Positions 19,281 to 29,069 of a stretch of 64,000 nucleotides of DNA are shown piece after piece. The stretch is taken from IMG/VR virus record IMGVR_UViG_3300013382_000004, one strand, 5' to 3'. The DNA is from a virus. Lineage: Duplodnaviria; Caudoviricetes. Made by a program: the position numbers and the translations under genes. Below the pieces are notes generated by a model that worked only from the letters and a program-made list of their open reading frames with translations, made no database searches and was not told the origin of the DNA. Numbering within the stretch: the stretch's first letter is position 1; each line of letters begins with the position of its first letter.

Positions 19281-19931
19281 ATGAAACTGAACGATGCTAA
19301 GTATCTGGAATCTATCTCTTCTCCTGTTGTCTTTATTTCTACTGGTAACTCCAAACTTGGTAAATTTATCGGAGCTATCAACCTTCCTGCTGGTAAAACT
19401 TGTAATCCTGATGCGCCTTGTCGCAAATATTGCTATGCTTTAAAGGGACATTATGTGTTTGCGTCTGCCAAGAGCGTGAGAGAACGCAATCTGAATATTT
19501 ATAAAACTAATCCTAAGTCTTTCTTTAACCAGCTTTCTTGTAACACAGCATTTTTTAAAATGGTAAGGTGGCATGATTCTGGTGATATCGTAGATAGAGC
19601 TTATTTAGAGGGGATGTGTAAAGTCGCAAGAGATAATCCTGATGTTAAATATTTAGCATTTACTAAACAATTTCAGATTGTGAACAACTATTTAGCGACA
19701 GGAGAAACAATTCCTGATAATCTTAAAATTGTTTTTAGCACTTGGGGAAACTGGATTCCTGAAAATCCGTTCCATTTACCTATGACTTTTGTTCGTTTTA
19801 AAGTAAAGGCGATGGAGGGACAAAATCAAAAGATTCCTGAAGATTCTTTTGAATGTTTAGGAAATTGTGCCACTTGTGGTAAATGCTGGAATCTTAAGAA
19901 AGGGGAATCTGTGGTTTTCAACCAGCATTAA
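19281..19931 (+). CDS. Gp88-like Fe-S / radical-SAM-like phage protein
   Basis: GNSKLG, NLPAGKTCNPDAPCRKYCYA, VRWHDSGD, AFTK, C-terminal CxGxCxxCxxC. Confidence 0.7.
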   Translation: MKLNDAKYLESISSPVVFISTGNSKLGKFIGAINLPAGKTCNPDAPCRKYCYALKGHYVFASAKSVRERNLNIYKTNPKSFFNQLSCNTAFFKMVRWHDSGDIVDRAYLEGMCKVARDNPDVKYLAFTKQFQIVNNYLATGETIPDNLKIVFSTWGNWIPENPFHLPMTFVRFKVKAMEGQNQKIPEDSFECLGNCATCGKCWNLKKGESVVFNQH

Positions 19932-19958
19932 TGTTATAATAAGAAAGGAGGTGATACG

Positions 19959-20561
19959 ATGTTGTATGCTTTATTTGCATTCTTTGTAGGTTTGTTTGGT
20001 GCGGTAATCTTCAATCAAGGTTTGTTCGGAAATGCCTTGTCTACCATTGTCGTTTTTCTTCTTACAATTCCTGTTGTATTTGCAATTGGAGGTGAACTTT
20101 ATAAACAAAAGGAGGAAGAACAAAAACAACAAGCAGAATTCGAACGAAAACAGAGAGTCGCAAGAGGTCATCTTGAAGATGATTTAACTCCAAGACAGAG
20201 AGCACTTTGGGATATTCTTCATAAGTACCGTGATAGTGATGTTTTAATATGGAACATTATCAACAGAACTAAAAAAGAACATGAACTGGAAATGTGGAAT
20301 TGGAAGCATAATAAGGAGTTAAAAGAAAAGTATTTTGCTGAGTATTGTAAAGCCGAGAGAGAAGGTGATTTATTAAAAGCAAAAGTTAAGTACAATACAT
20401 TTACGTATTATGAACGTGATACGGAAAATGCAGCTAAAGAACTCAAAGAAAAAGGACTTCTTGACAAATATGGGAATTATACCTTTTGGGATAATTTTCC
20501 TGATAATTGGAAGTTGTCTGATGAAGAGTTAGAGGCATTAGATTATGAGGATGATGATTGA
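19959..20561 (+). CDS. membrane-anchored hypothetical protein
   Basis: Two N-terminal hydrophobic segments; SD GGAGGTG. Confidence 0.75.
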   Translation: MLYALFAFFVGLFGAVIFNQGLFGNALSTIVVFLLTIPVVFAIGGELYKQKEEEQKQQAEFERKQRVARGHLEDDLTPRQRALWDILHKYRDSDVLIWNIINRTKKEHELEMWNWKHNKELKEKYFAEYCKAEREGDLLKAKVKYNTFTYYERDTENAAKELKEKGLLDKYGNYTFWDNFPDNWKLSDEELEALDYEDDD

Positions 20562-20616
20562 AAGGAGGTGATATATATGTAGATTCCTTAAAATCTAATG
20601 AAAGGAGGTGATTTGC

Positions 20617-20691
20617 ATAACTTTTGAAGGTATTGCTCTTTGTTTTGAGCTGTCTATCTTTATTCTTATCTTGATTGGTAAGAGTATGTAA
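20617..20691 (+). CDS. small hydrophobic peptide, holin-like/type I toxin-like (ATA start)
   Basis: AAAGGAGGTGA then ITFEGIALCFELSIFILILIGKSM; hairpin 20701-20735 follows. Confidence 0.4.
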   Translation: MTFEGIALCFELSIFILILIGKSM

Positions 20692-20805
20692 TCACCAAAC
20701 AGGACTGGTAGAAGATAAAAACTTTTACCAGTCCTAACCATCGAAATTCCTGTGTTTTTAATTCACAAAAACTATAAAATTTAAATTTCTTAAAGGAGTA
20801 TTATT

Positions 20806-21090
20806 ATGTCTACTTTTTCTGTTTCTTCTGTTTTTGCTGAAGTTATGTCTGAAATGCTTGACTCTTACTTTGCAGAATGTATCTGTCATTTTAACAAGAT
20901 TTGTATGCGTAAGCGTAAGGGTGAAACCACCCGTTATTTTTTCTCTATGAAAGAAGTAAATTATGTCAAGAATAATCTTCAGAATCCTGATAGTGTCACT
21001 GTCAAACCTTTGTATGATAATGGCTTTATTTGGTGTTATGAAATGGATTATGCTCAGGTAGTTAAAGAAAAGAGAGGTGGTAATAAATGA
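20806..21090 (+). CDS. hypothetical protein
   Basis: ORF with SD AAAGGAG. Confidence 0.7.
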   Translation: MSTFSVSSVFAEVMSEMLDSYFAECICHFNKICMRKRKGETTRYFFSMKEVNYVKNNLQNPDSVTVKPLYDNGFIWCYEMDYAQVVKEKRGGNK

Positions 21091-21277
21091 CAATTATTTA
21101 TCTTAAAAATTATTCTGAGTTATATTGTGACTATATTATTTGGGATGAGCTAAATCAATTCGCTCAGTTATATAGTAACAATAGCAATAATGGTAATAAT
21201 CATAAAGATATTCCTTATTCTGATATTCAGAATATCGAATATAAATAATTTAAAAAAATGAAAGGTAGTGTTAAATT

Positions 21278-21886
21278 ATGACTATGGTTCTCTTTGTTAG
21301 CTTGTTGTTGGCTTTTTGTTGGCAAATTCCTCCTTTGCGTGTTTTTATTATTGTCTGTGCACTTTTCTTCTTATTATGCTTTTTGTTAACATTAACAGAA
21401 AAAGATAAGTATACCTACAAAATCAAAAAGGACAGCAATTGGTCAAAGATAATGGAGGAATATGCTAAAAAGCGAAGAAGACTCGAAATTTATAACGAGG
21501 ATTATGCTTTTCATCGGTGGCAGGAAAATCAATTCAGTTATTATGCACCGCTTTACAAAGAAAAAATGGATAATCCACCGAAGACAAAAGTAATTGTCCA
21601 GCTCAAAGATAAATCAGCTCCTATATATCTTTCAGATGAAATGACCTGTAATGAAAGGTTAAATGAGCTTCATTTGCGATATAGAGGAAAAGATGATGTT
21701 ATTTCTGTTCCACTTGATAAGATAAAAGCTGTTACAGTAGTTTCTGCTGGAGAATGCTTTGCTATTTCAGGAGGCTACATGGGTCTCGTGGAAAGAATGT
21801 GTGGAGGGAAAGCTACACCTGATAAATTAATAACAAAGGACAAACATTTTGTATGGCTTTTTGAAAATCTCCCATCGTATCAATAA
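21278..21886 (+). CDS. membrane-anchored hypothetical protein
   Basis: Two N-terminal TM segments; last + strand gene before the strand switch. Confidence 0.7.
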   Translation: MTMVLFVSLLLAFCWQIPPLRVFIIVCALFFLLCFLLTLTEKDKYTYKIKKDSNWSKIMEEYAKKRRRLEIYNEDYAFHRWQENQFSYYAPLYKEKMDNPPKTKVIVQLKDKSAPIYLSDEMTCNERLNELHLRYRGKDDVISVPLDKIKAVTVVSAGECFAISGGYMGLVERMCGGKATPDKLITKDKHFVWLFENLPSYQ

Positions 21887-22426
21887 ATGAAGTCTTGGTA
21901 GGGAGGGTGGGTTAGACTTCTCAGCACTTATAGTTACTCAGTGACTATAAGTTAAGATTCTTACTCAGTGAGAATCTATTTCCCTTTTTACAGGGAATCT
22001 TTTTCCTTATTTAAGGGGAGATTTTTTCCATATCCTGCGGGGGGTTTTAATCCTTCCCCACCACCACCCCCAAAAATTTAATATCTTCATCAAGAAAAGA
22101 GAAACGCCTTCTTTTCAATAAACCACAAACAAGTGGCAAAACTTTTTCAGGTGCGTCGGTTCCGAAGGGGATACTATGTTCTTATCCTTACTTATTCCTC
22201 CCAACCCACCCACCCCTTTTAAGTAAACCTCGGCGGGACTCTTTTTGTGCTTCGCACCCCCATTTCATTGCTGCTCATTTCAACCACAAAAATCAAAAAA
22301 CAGTTTCCCACAAACCTACTATATCACTTCTAATTTTATCCATGAAAAAAGCCCATCTCTGAAGAGGATATCAGAGTGAGCTTCTTTCAATTTTGGAGAA
22401 CAGAACAGAGAAAATTTATCTAAGTC

Positions 22427-22738
22427 TTATTCAGACTTTTTATTCATTTTTTCCATGCGAACCTTAGCCATATGTCTGCCACGTTCTTTAGCAGCTTCCT
22501 TTTGTTCTTCAGTCATATTTTGACTTCTTGGAGGTTTGGGATTTCTCATCCACTTAGCAGGAACTTTAATAGTTAAGCATCTATTCTGACCATCAGTGTC
22601 ATAGCTATCAGATACAATGCTTACTTCATCAGGATAATCCTTAAGATACTCTTCCATGGTTCTAATTACAGTAAAATAATCAGAACTCCATACTGCTACA
22701 TCTTCTCCATGAATGAAATCAATATTAGTTTCAGCCAT
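22427..22738 (-). CDS. hypothetical protein
   Basis: ATG 22738 after GGAGG; MTEEQKEAAKER tail. Confidence 0.75.
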   Translation of the reverse strand: MAETNIDFIHGEDVAVWSSDYFTVIRTMEEYLKDYPDEVSIVSDSYDTDGQNRCLTIKVPAKWMRNPKPPRSQNMTEEQKEAAKERGRHMAKVRMEKMNKKSE

Positions 22739-23240
22739 TAGAATTATCCTCCTTTGAATTTTTGTTTGCATTATTTAAATTCTCATCATATTTCTTAACC
22801 ATATATTCTGGTTTGTAGTATGGTTTAACTTCTGCTCCATGTTTAATGAGCCATTTATTAATAACCTCACCTAAATCAGAAGCACACCTACTACAAATGT
22901 AAGGTTGCATTTCCTCTACGGCAAAATGATAAGGTGCAAGTGTTGTAAGTAAAGATAGATTTAATCTACGTCCTGAATAAACAGGCTCTTTACAACATAC
23001 ACAATGAGGAGAGTCATCTTTCTTAAGTCTGCTTTTATTTACAGTCCCTACTTCTGCCCCCATTTCAAACTTTGTCAAAAGCTTGCTATCTTCATTACCA
23101 ACTTCTGTCTTGGTAGTCTCAATAGAATCTAACAAAACCTCGTCAGGTTTTGAGACTTCCTTTACAACATCCTCACTAGAGTTCGATGTGACAGTATCAG
23201 TAACGGGCAAAGGATTTTTACGGGGTCTACCTCTCGGCAT
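22731..23240 (-). CDS. hypothetical protein with AT-hook-like N-terminus and CxxC pairs
   Basis: MPRGRPRK; CVCC, CSRC; promoter TTGACA-17-TATAAT ~23279-23307. Confidence 0.75.
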   Translation of the reverse strand: MPRGRPRKNPLPVTDTVTSNSSEDVVKEVSKPDEVLLDSIETTKTEVGNEDSKLLTKFEMGAEVGTVNKSRLKKDDSPHCVCCKEPVYSGRRLNLSLLTTLAPYHFAVEEMQPYICSRCASDLGEVINKWLIKHGAEVKPYYKPEYMVKKYDENLNNANKNSKEDNSNG

Positions 23241-23866
23241 TAATCATACACCTCTCTTTACATCTCTTTACATTAATTATTATAACAGAATGCCTGTAGC
23301 TTGTCAAGGGTTTAATAACATTTCATTACAGATAATTATTAAACTTCTCTTGACTTACTACAGACATTTGGCAACTTCAGTTGCCATGGATTTCATAGGT
23401 CATATAGAGCATACTTGAGTAAAAACAAATCCTTAACAGGATTTGAGCAATAGATATACAACTAAACAAAATTATGGATTAATGGTATTATCTTAAATAC
23501 TTTATATTAATTACTTATAAATTTCGTTCTATTTTTTGTTGCATCATCATTTAGGTAAAAGTATACTACTAATTTTCAGTAGCTTTGTACTTTTGTATTT
23601 AATTATTATTATAATTAAATCTACTTGAAGAGCGGTCTTGGCAAACCCAATACAAATATTATTTTTCTTTTTATTTTAATTTATTTATATTTCTTTTTGC
23701 TTTTCTTTTGATTTAATTATAATTATAATTACTTTTCAGTCTAAATTTAATTTAACCCCTTCCAAGGTCAAATTTATATTCAAACCGTACTCAAGTCCTA
23801 AGCTTGCTTACAAATGAATTATATTAATTATAAATTAATTGCTTTATTATTTAAATTAGCCTTGTT

Positions 23867-24961
23867 TTAATTTTCTCTGGTATAATTAATTACAGGTTCA
23901 TCTTTTAAAGCAAAAAATTTATGTCCACCAATATAGTTAGTGGTACTTCCATCTTCTGCAATATAAGTAATTGGCTTTAAAGTTTTAGCATTTTCATGCC
24001 ATGTACCTTTACTATATGCAGGAGCATAAAAGAATAATACAAAATCATCCGTAGGCATGTTACAATCATCGAATATCTCTTTTACTGCTTGTCTACATTC
24101 ATCAGTAGCATTTGTGTTGCCATAGGCTTTAAGACATTCTTTTTCAAATTCATCAATGTCCTTATATCCACTATAAGAATATTGCTTTCTTACTTGTGAG
24201 GGGGACATATTGTCTCTCAACATAGCATTGTAAATTGCTTGTGCTACGAGCTTTTTGCCTACAAAAGGTTGATTACCACTCTCACCAGCTACAATGCTCT
24301 CTACTACATGACGCTCAGAATCAGTCAGATGAATTAAATATGCGTAGCGATAAGTTGAAGTCTTTGATTCTACTTGTTTAAGACTAGAATTAGTCTTGTT
24401 TAGTTCAAGACTAGAATTAATCTTGTTTAGTTCAAGATTGGAATCAGTCTTGCTTTGTTCAAGGCTCGAACTTTCTGTGTTTGAAGATTCAGAAGTTGAA
24501 CTATTTTGAGAATACTGTATGCTCACGTCTGAAAAATTAAATACAGATTCTTCATCCTCAATAGTAACCAGCTTGTTCATGTCCACATAAAAAATTCTAT
24601 CGGGACTAATATTTTCAAGATTATTCAAGTCCCAATAATTTTCTTTTTGTGTCTGAAAGTTTTCAATTGCTATATAATGAGGAGATGTATTTATGTCTGT
24701 ATCAGAAGAGGAAACTTCATCAACTGTCCTGTTTAAGGCTTGTGCATATCCAATTCCACTTACCACTAAGCTGAATGTAAGACAGGTTGTGATTACAAGC
24801 AACGCTTGTGCGTTAATTGCTTTACGAATACTTGTCTTGATTAGGGGATGTGTGTTTGTGAGTTTTAAATCGTTTTGATTTGTATGTGTGTTATATGCAG
24901 GGCTATATTCAAGTCCACACTTGGGCTTGGCGTATTTAATTGTATATTTCTTGTTTGTCAT
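23867..24961 (-). CDS. SleB/CwlJ-like cell wall hydrolase (Hydrolase_2) with TM anchor
   Basis: IVAGESGNQPFVGKKLVAQAIYN, FFYAP, IGGHKFF; TM near residue 55-75. Confidence 0.8.
   Translation of the reverse strand: MTNKKYTIKYAKPKCGLEYSPAYNTHTNQNDLKLTNTHPLIKTSIRKAINAQALLVITTCLTFSLVVSGIGYAQALNRTVDEVSSSDTDINTSPHYIAIENFQTQKENYWDLNNLENISPDRIFYVDMNKLVTIEDEESVFNFSDVSIQYSQNSSTSESSNTESSSLEQSKTDSNLELNKINSSLELNKTNSSLKQVESKTSTYRYAYLIHLTDSERHVVESIVAGESGNQPFVGKKLVAQAIYNAMLRDNMSPSQVRKQYSYSGYKDIDEFEKECLKAYGNTNATDECRQAVKEIFDDCNMPTDDFVLFFYAPAYSKGTWHENAKTLKPITYIAEDGSTTNYIGGHKFFALKDEPVINYTREN
24381..24463 (-). repeat. 30-bp intragenic tandem repeat (SSLELNK[TI]N-like units)
   Basis: agactagaatta[ga]tcttgtttagttca repeated, degenerate third copy. 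Confidence 0.7.
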
Positions 24962-25199
24962 TTCTTGCTTCTTTGCTTTAACTTTAGTTAAGGCAAAGTT
25001 TTCTTCCTTCCTTAAGTCTATATGATGAATAACTTATATTAAGATACAGATTCTTAATAGGTCACTCACCCTTAACGCTTAGGTCGTTGGCAATAATGTT
25101 TATTACCGAAGCTCTATACAACCTTAGATACATTGTAACATAAAGGAAGGTATTTGTCAAGAAGTTAATGGAGATTTGATTACAAATTGTAACTTTTTT

Positions 25200-25590
25200 T
25201 ATGGTGAATTTTATGGTGAATGCTATAATAAAAACGTTGGATGGTTGAAAACTAGAACGTGGTCTAGAATGGAGTACAGAATGGAGTTTGGAATAGAATC
25301 TGGAATGGTTGTGAACAAATTATGAACTTTTTGTAAAAATTTTTTGAATAAATGCGAATTGGTTTTGCCTCCCTCTCTATACCTAAAAGAGCACCAGAAC
25401 GGGAAAATGGGCAAAATTGGTGCTCGATACGTCAGTCCAAATGTACCAAATATTCCAAGAATGTTCCAAACATTCCATTAAATGTACTAAACATACCATA
25501 ATGTTCCATACAATGTTTTTTCTCAGGCAAAATTATCGTTTAACGATAATTCCACTCACAAACTTCTCACAAACTTCTCACAAACTTCTT
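25200..25590. repeat. non-coding short-period repeat tract
   Basis: atggtgaat x2, agaatggagt x2, degenerate aatgt[at]cca units, cacaaacttct x3 at ~25557-25589. Confidence 0.6.
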
Positions 25591-25738
25591 GCTACCTCAC
25601 TTCACTTTTACAAGATTCTTGTTACTATCAAGACACCCGTCAACTCACAAGTAAAGTCTATTTTACGCACTACGATTTTTCCCGTGACATTTAAGGCTGA
25701 AACCTAATCCAACCATCAATTCATCGCATGAGCGATTC

Positions 25739-26329
25739 TCAAATTTCATCACAAAGTTCCAATCTCTTCAAATCTTTATCAATCCCTCTTAAAATCTCAT
25801 TCCCATACTTTTCATTCCCAAGTTCCCTCATGAAACCATCCAATTCTTCTCTACTCATATTACCAGCAACAGCATAAAACTTATAGTTCACAAGTCTATG
25901 TTCGCTATCTGTAGGAAAGTTAATAGTCTTATATCTTTCAAGTTTTCTTTCTTCAAAACAATTAGCGCATACCCCAGTATATCCAGAATTAGGATTATAT
26001 TTGGGATAGTAAATATAACATCCACACTTAGGACACTTATCTACAAACCACTGAGTTACGTATCTTAATTTTTCACTCTTAGCATTACGAATATTAACAG
26101 GAAAGCGTAATTTACCTCTCAACAAATTCTTTAAGTCATAATTGTCAAGTTCCAAATCTCCATTATTAACTTTAAAATCTAAAATATCAAAAATATTTTT
26201 CTCAATATAAACAGTAATCATGACATTATCGCTTTTAAAGCACTCATTTAACTCATTGAGCTTTAACATATATTCATCATCAAGTCTTTGTTTAGCTTTT
26301 CTTAAATAAGTATTTTTATCCATTACCAA
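25739..26329 (-). CDS. hypothetical Zn-ribbon protein
   Basis: CPKCGC...VCANC; paralogous to 26356-26760. Confidence 0.7.
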   Translation of the reverse strand: MVMDKNTYLRKAKQRLDDEYMLKLNELNECFKSDNVMITVYIEKNIFDILDFKVNNGDLELDNYDLKNLLRGKLRFPVNIRNAKSEKLRYVTQWFVDKCPKCGCYIYYPKYNPNSGYTGVCANCFEERKLERYKTINFPTDSEHRLVNYKFYAVAGNMSREELDGFMRELGNEKYGNEILRGIDKDLKRLELCDEI

Positions 26330-26355
26330 AAGACCTCCTGTTTTGGTAAATTTAT

Positions 26356-26760
26356 TTACCAGTACACTTCCTGTTCAGGATTAGTACAATTGAGAGCGTC
26401 ACTCTCGTGACAATCTTTCATAAATTCATCAAATTCATATTCACTAATAATACCATATCTATGCCATGTATTCAAGACCTGACAAGGGCTTGTCAGATTT
26501 GTCTTAACAGTTCCAACAGTTGCCATAGATACTTTTTTAGCATCTTCTTTAGTCTTGAAAGTAATAGCAAAATCACCCACAAGATGTTCCTTGAAACATT
26601 CAGAACAAACAAACCAATCTCTATAACAATAAAAAGTATTACAACCACAATTACACTTATAAGTAATCCATTTATTAACAGTCATCTTATAATACTTAAG
26701 TTTTCCTGCTAACAAATCTCTAATATTATCTCTCCAAGTATTATCACAACCGCAATACAT
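26356..26760 (-). CDS. hypothetical Zn-ribbon protein (paralogue, possibly 5'-disrupted)
   Basis: LLAGKL, CNCGC, VCSECF match the previous gene. Confidence 0.6.
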   Translation of the reverse strand: MYCGCDNTWRDNIRDLLAGKLKYYKMTVNKWITYKCNCGCNTFYCYRDWFVCSECFKEHLVGDFAITFKTKEDAKKVSMATVGTVKTNLTSPCQVLNTWHRYGIISEYEFDEFMKDCHESDALNCTNPEQEVYW

Positions 26761-27329
26761 ATCACAGTAATTTATCGCGCGAGCGATGCTCGCAAATCAT
26801 GATGGCCGTAACAAGAAGATTGTTGATTATCAGTAAAGATAAGCACATATAATTTATTTTCATCTAAAGCTTCTTCAAGATTCTTCTCAAGCTGTTCTTT
26901 TTTCTTTTTAATATACTCTTCCTTATTCATAACATTCACATCTATTCTCTATCAAAATTCTATCCACAACAATTATAAATATAATAAACTTTTTCTCTAC
27001 AATTAATTCTAACTTAAAATAGGTCAAGTTATATCCCTAAAATTAAAATCGAAATTAGAAAGAAATTTTATTACAATTATAATTATTTTATATTTACATC
27101 ATTCCAACTGCGACAGCCAAACCAAGCACGCAAATAAAAATAATACCAATAACAGCCATATTCTTATTCCTTTATCTCATTAAAAAGATATACCAGTAAG
27201 CATATCCATACATACCTAAAAAGAAAAGACTTACTACTAAGCAAACAATTTTAAACAATTTATCCATATCTTTTATTAAGTATTAGTTAAGAAATAGTAA
27301 ACTTCTCCATTCTTTTTTATTCTTCTTTA

Positions 27330-27644
27330 TTATTTTTTTCTATATTCTTGAGCTTGAGTAAGATATTTATAAGCATCAACACCAAAATGAATCATAAGAG
27401 GTCTGATATTAATATCAATTCCAATATAGTCCATATCATTTACATAATTAAGAGTTCTTAAAGTTCTATTAAAATAGATAGAGAATTGATAGCCATGTAA
27501 AAAGATATTATCAATATCAAGCTCTGTAAAATAAGTAGCAAACAATACCATATTATATTTCTTATATTTAAGATACTTAATCTGAAACTTATTATTTTTA
27601 TACTTAGCAGAAGTATTGAGATGAATATTGTTGTTGTTTTTCAT
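27330..27644 (-). CDS. hypothetical protein
   Basis: ORF directly after 27647 gene. Confidence 0.6.
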   Translation of the reverse strand: MKNNNNIHLNTSAKYKNNKFQIKYLKYKKYNMVLFATYFTELDIDNIFLHGYQFSIYFNRTLRTLNYVNDMDYIGIDINIRPLMIHFGVDAYKYLTQAQEYRKK

Positions 27645-27646
27645 AA

Positions 27647-27973
27647 TTAATTCTCTTTATTCTCAGGATATTTTCTTTTCAAAAAGTAATAAGCATTTTC
27701 ATTAAAGCACTTCATAAGAGTTCCAAAAGAGATAGGGTCATTAATAATCCAAACACCTAAAGACATATCTTCACAAGTAAAAGAAGAAACAACATTATTA
27801 TAAGAAGTCTCAAAGAAGATATACATAAGGTCAACATTATTTTTAAGCACATTACGCTTATAATAAGCAGAGACAGAAGTATTATTAAAATTAATATGCT
27901 CAAGAGTAGTAATTTTATATTTCTTATTACTTAAAGCACTCATCATATTTTTATTAAGAGAAATAGACTTCAT
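27647..27973 (-). CDS. hypothetical protein
   Basis: ATG 27973 after AAGGGAG. Confidence 0.6.
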   Translation of the reverse strand: MKSISLNKNMMSALSNKKYKITTLEHINFNNTSVSAYYKRNVLKNNVDLMYIFFETSYNNVVSSFTCEDMSLGVWIINDPISFGTLMKCFNENAYYFLKRKYPENKEN

Positions 27974-28249
27974 AATACAAACTCCCTTTATAGGGGAAGT
28001 TCTAAGTTCAGTGTTCGCACAAGTGCTCCACTTCACGTAAGAACTTCCAGAATCTCACATTACGAAAGATATATTACTTATTAATCCAATTCTTTTTTTA
28101 CTTGTTCTATTTGCTAAAGTAGCGTTTTTTCTACTTATTAAAGTAGTATTCTTTCTTACTATAGATATAATAGCAGATAAAGGTATGAAAGTCAATAGTT
28201 TAATAAGAAAAGTAACAAAAAATATAGAAAAAGTGTTACGAATCCCAAC

Positions 28250-29069
28250 CCGTTAACCACCGTGATGCGGTGTTTGTATCATTATGAAAGATGGTCGCAT
28301 TACGCTCCGCCTGTCGCTAATGCTCTCTCTTTCATAATGCAAACATCCTCTCGCGGTTACGACTGCCAAATGAAGAAAGGGGGTAAGAGTTTGTAATCGT
28401 TCGCACGGCTCACTTCAACAAACTCTAACCTTTCTTTCATTTTCTGTCGTATGGTTTTTAAATGAAACAGGGAGGTATTATTTATTATTATCATTATAAA
28501 ATAAAAAAGGGTAAATACAGAAATTAAAAGTTTTAGAAAAATAGAGTTTCTTAGTGAATACGAGCGTCAGCGAAGTATGAAGTTAGAAACTCTCCTATTG
28601 AGGGACTTTTTCAAAAAACGTACATTTTGAAATTTTAGCAAATTTTTAAATGCAGTAAACATAAGGGTTTTAAGAGGGTCAAGTCAAAATTCGTCCTAAG
28701 AATAATATATAATATATCTATAGACAAATTTTGACCTGACCTCTTCAAAAGCCATATAAAATAAGGGTTTAAAAAATTGTCGATTTTTCAAAATGTACGT
28801 TTTTGGATTTTTAATAGTAAAACAAAGGAACAAATCAAAAATGGTGCAAAAATTTAAAAACAGCAAAAATTTTTAAAAGAAAAACACCAATAAAAATAAG
28901 GTAAAAAAGAAGGTCAAGGGAAATACCTTTCTCTTGTATTAAATAATAATATATATCCGAAAGATATTTCCCTTTTAAGAAAGAAAAGTCATATTTTTAA
29001 AGGGAAAAAAGGCTGTCTATTTTTTTTAATTTTTCAAATTTTGCACCATATAAGAAAAAATAAGTAAAA
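28250..29069. other. putative replication origin region: two ~200-bp imperfect palindromes, hairpins and TAAGG(G)T repeats
   Basis: 19-bp perfect IR 28614-28632/28786-28804; IR 28841-28851/29039-29049; both centred on AATAATATAT; GC-rich hairpins 28250-28450. Confidence 0.5.

Noticed and set aside
24962-25130. Riboswitch in the cell-wall hydrolase leader
   Set aside because: The leader is long, but I could not identify consensus elements of c-di-AMP or other known riboswitches
25200-25590. CRISPR array
   Set aside because: Repeats are 9-12 bp, tandem and degenerate, with no unique spacers or cas genes
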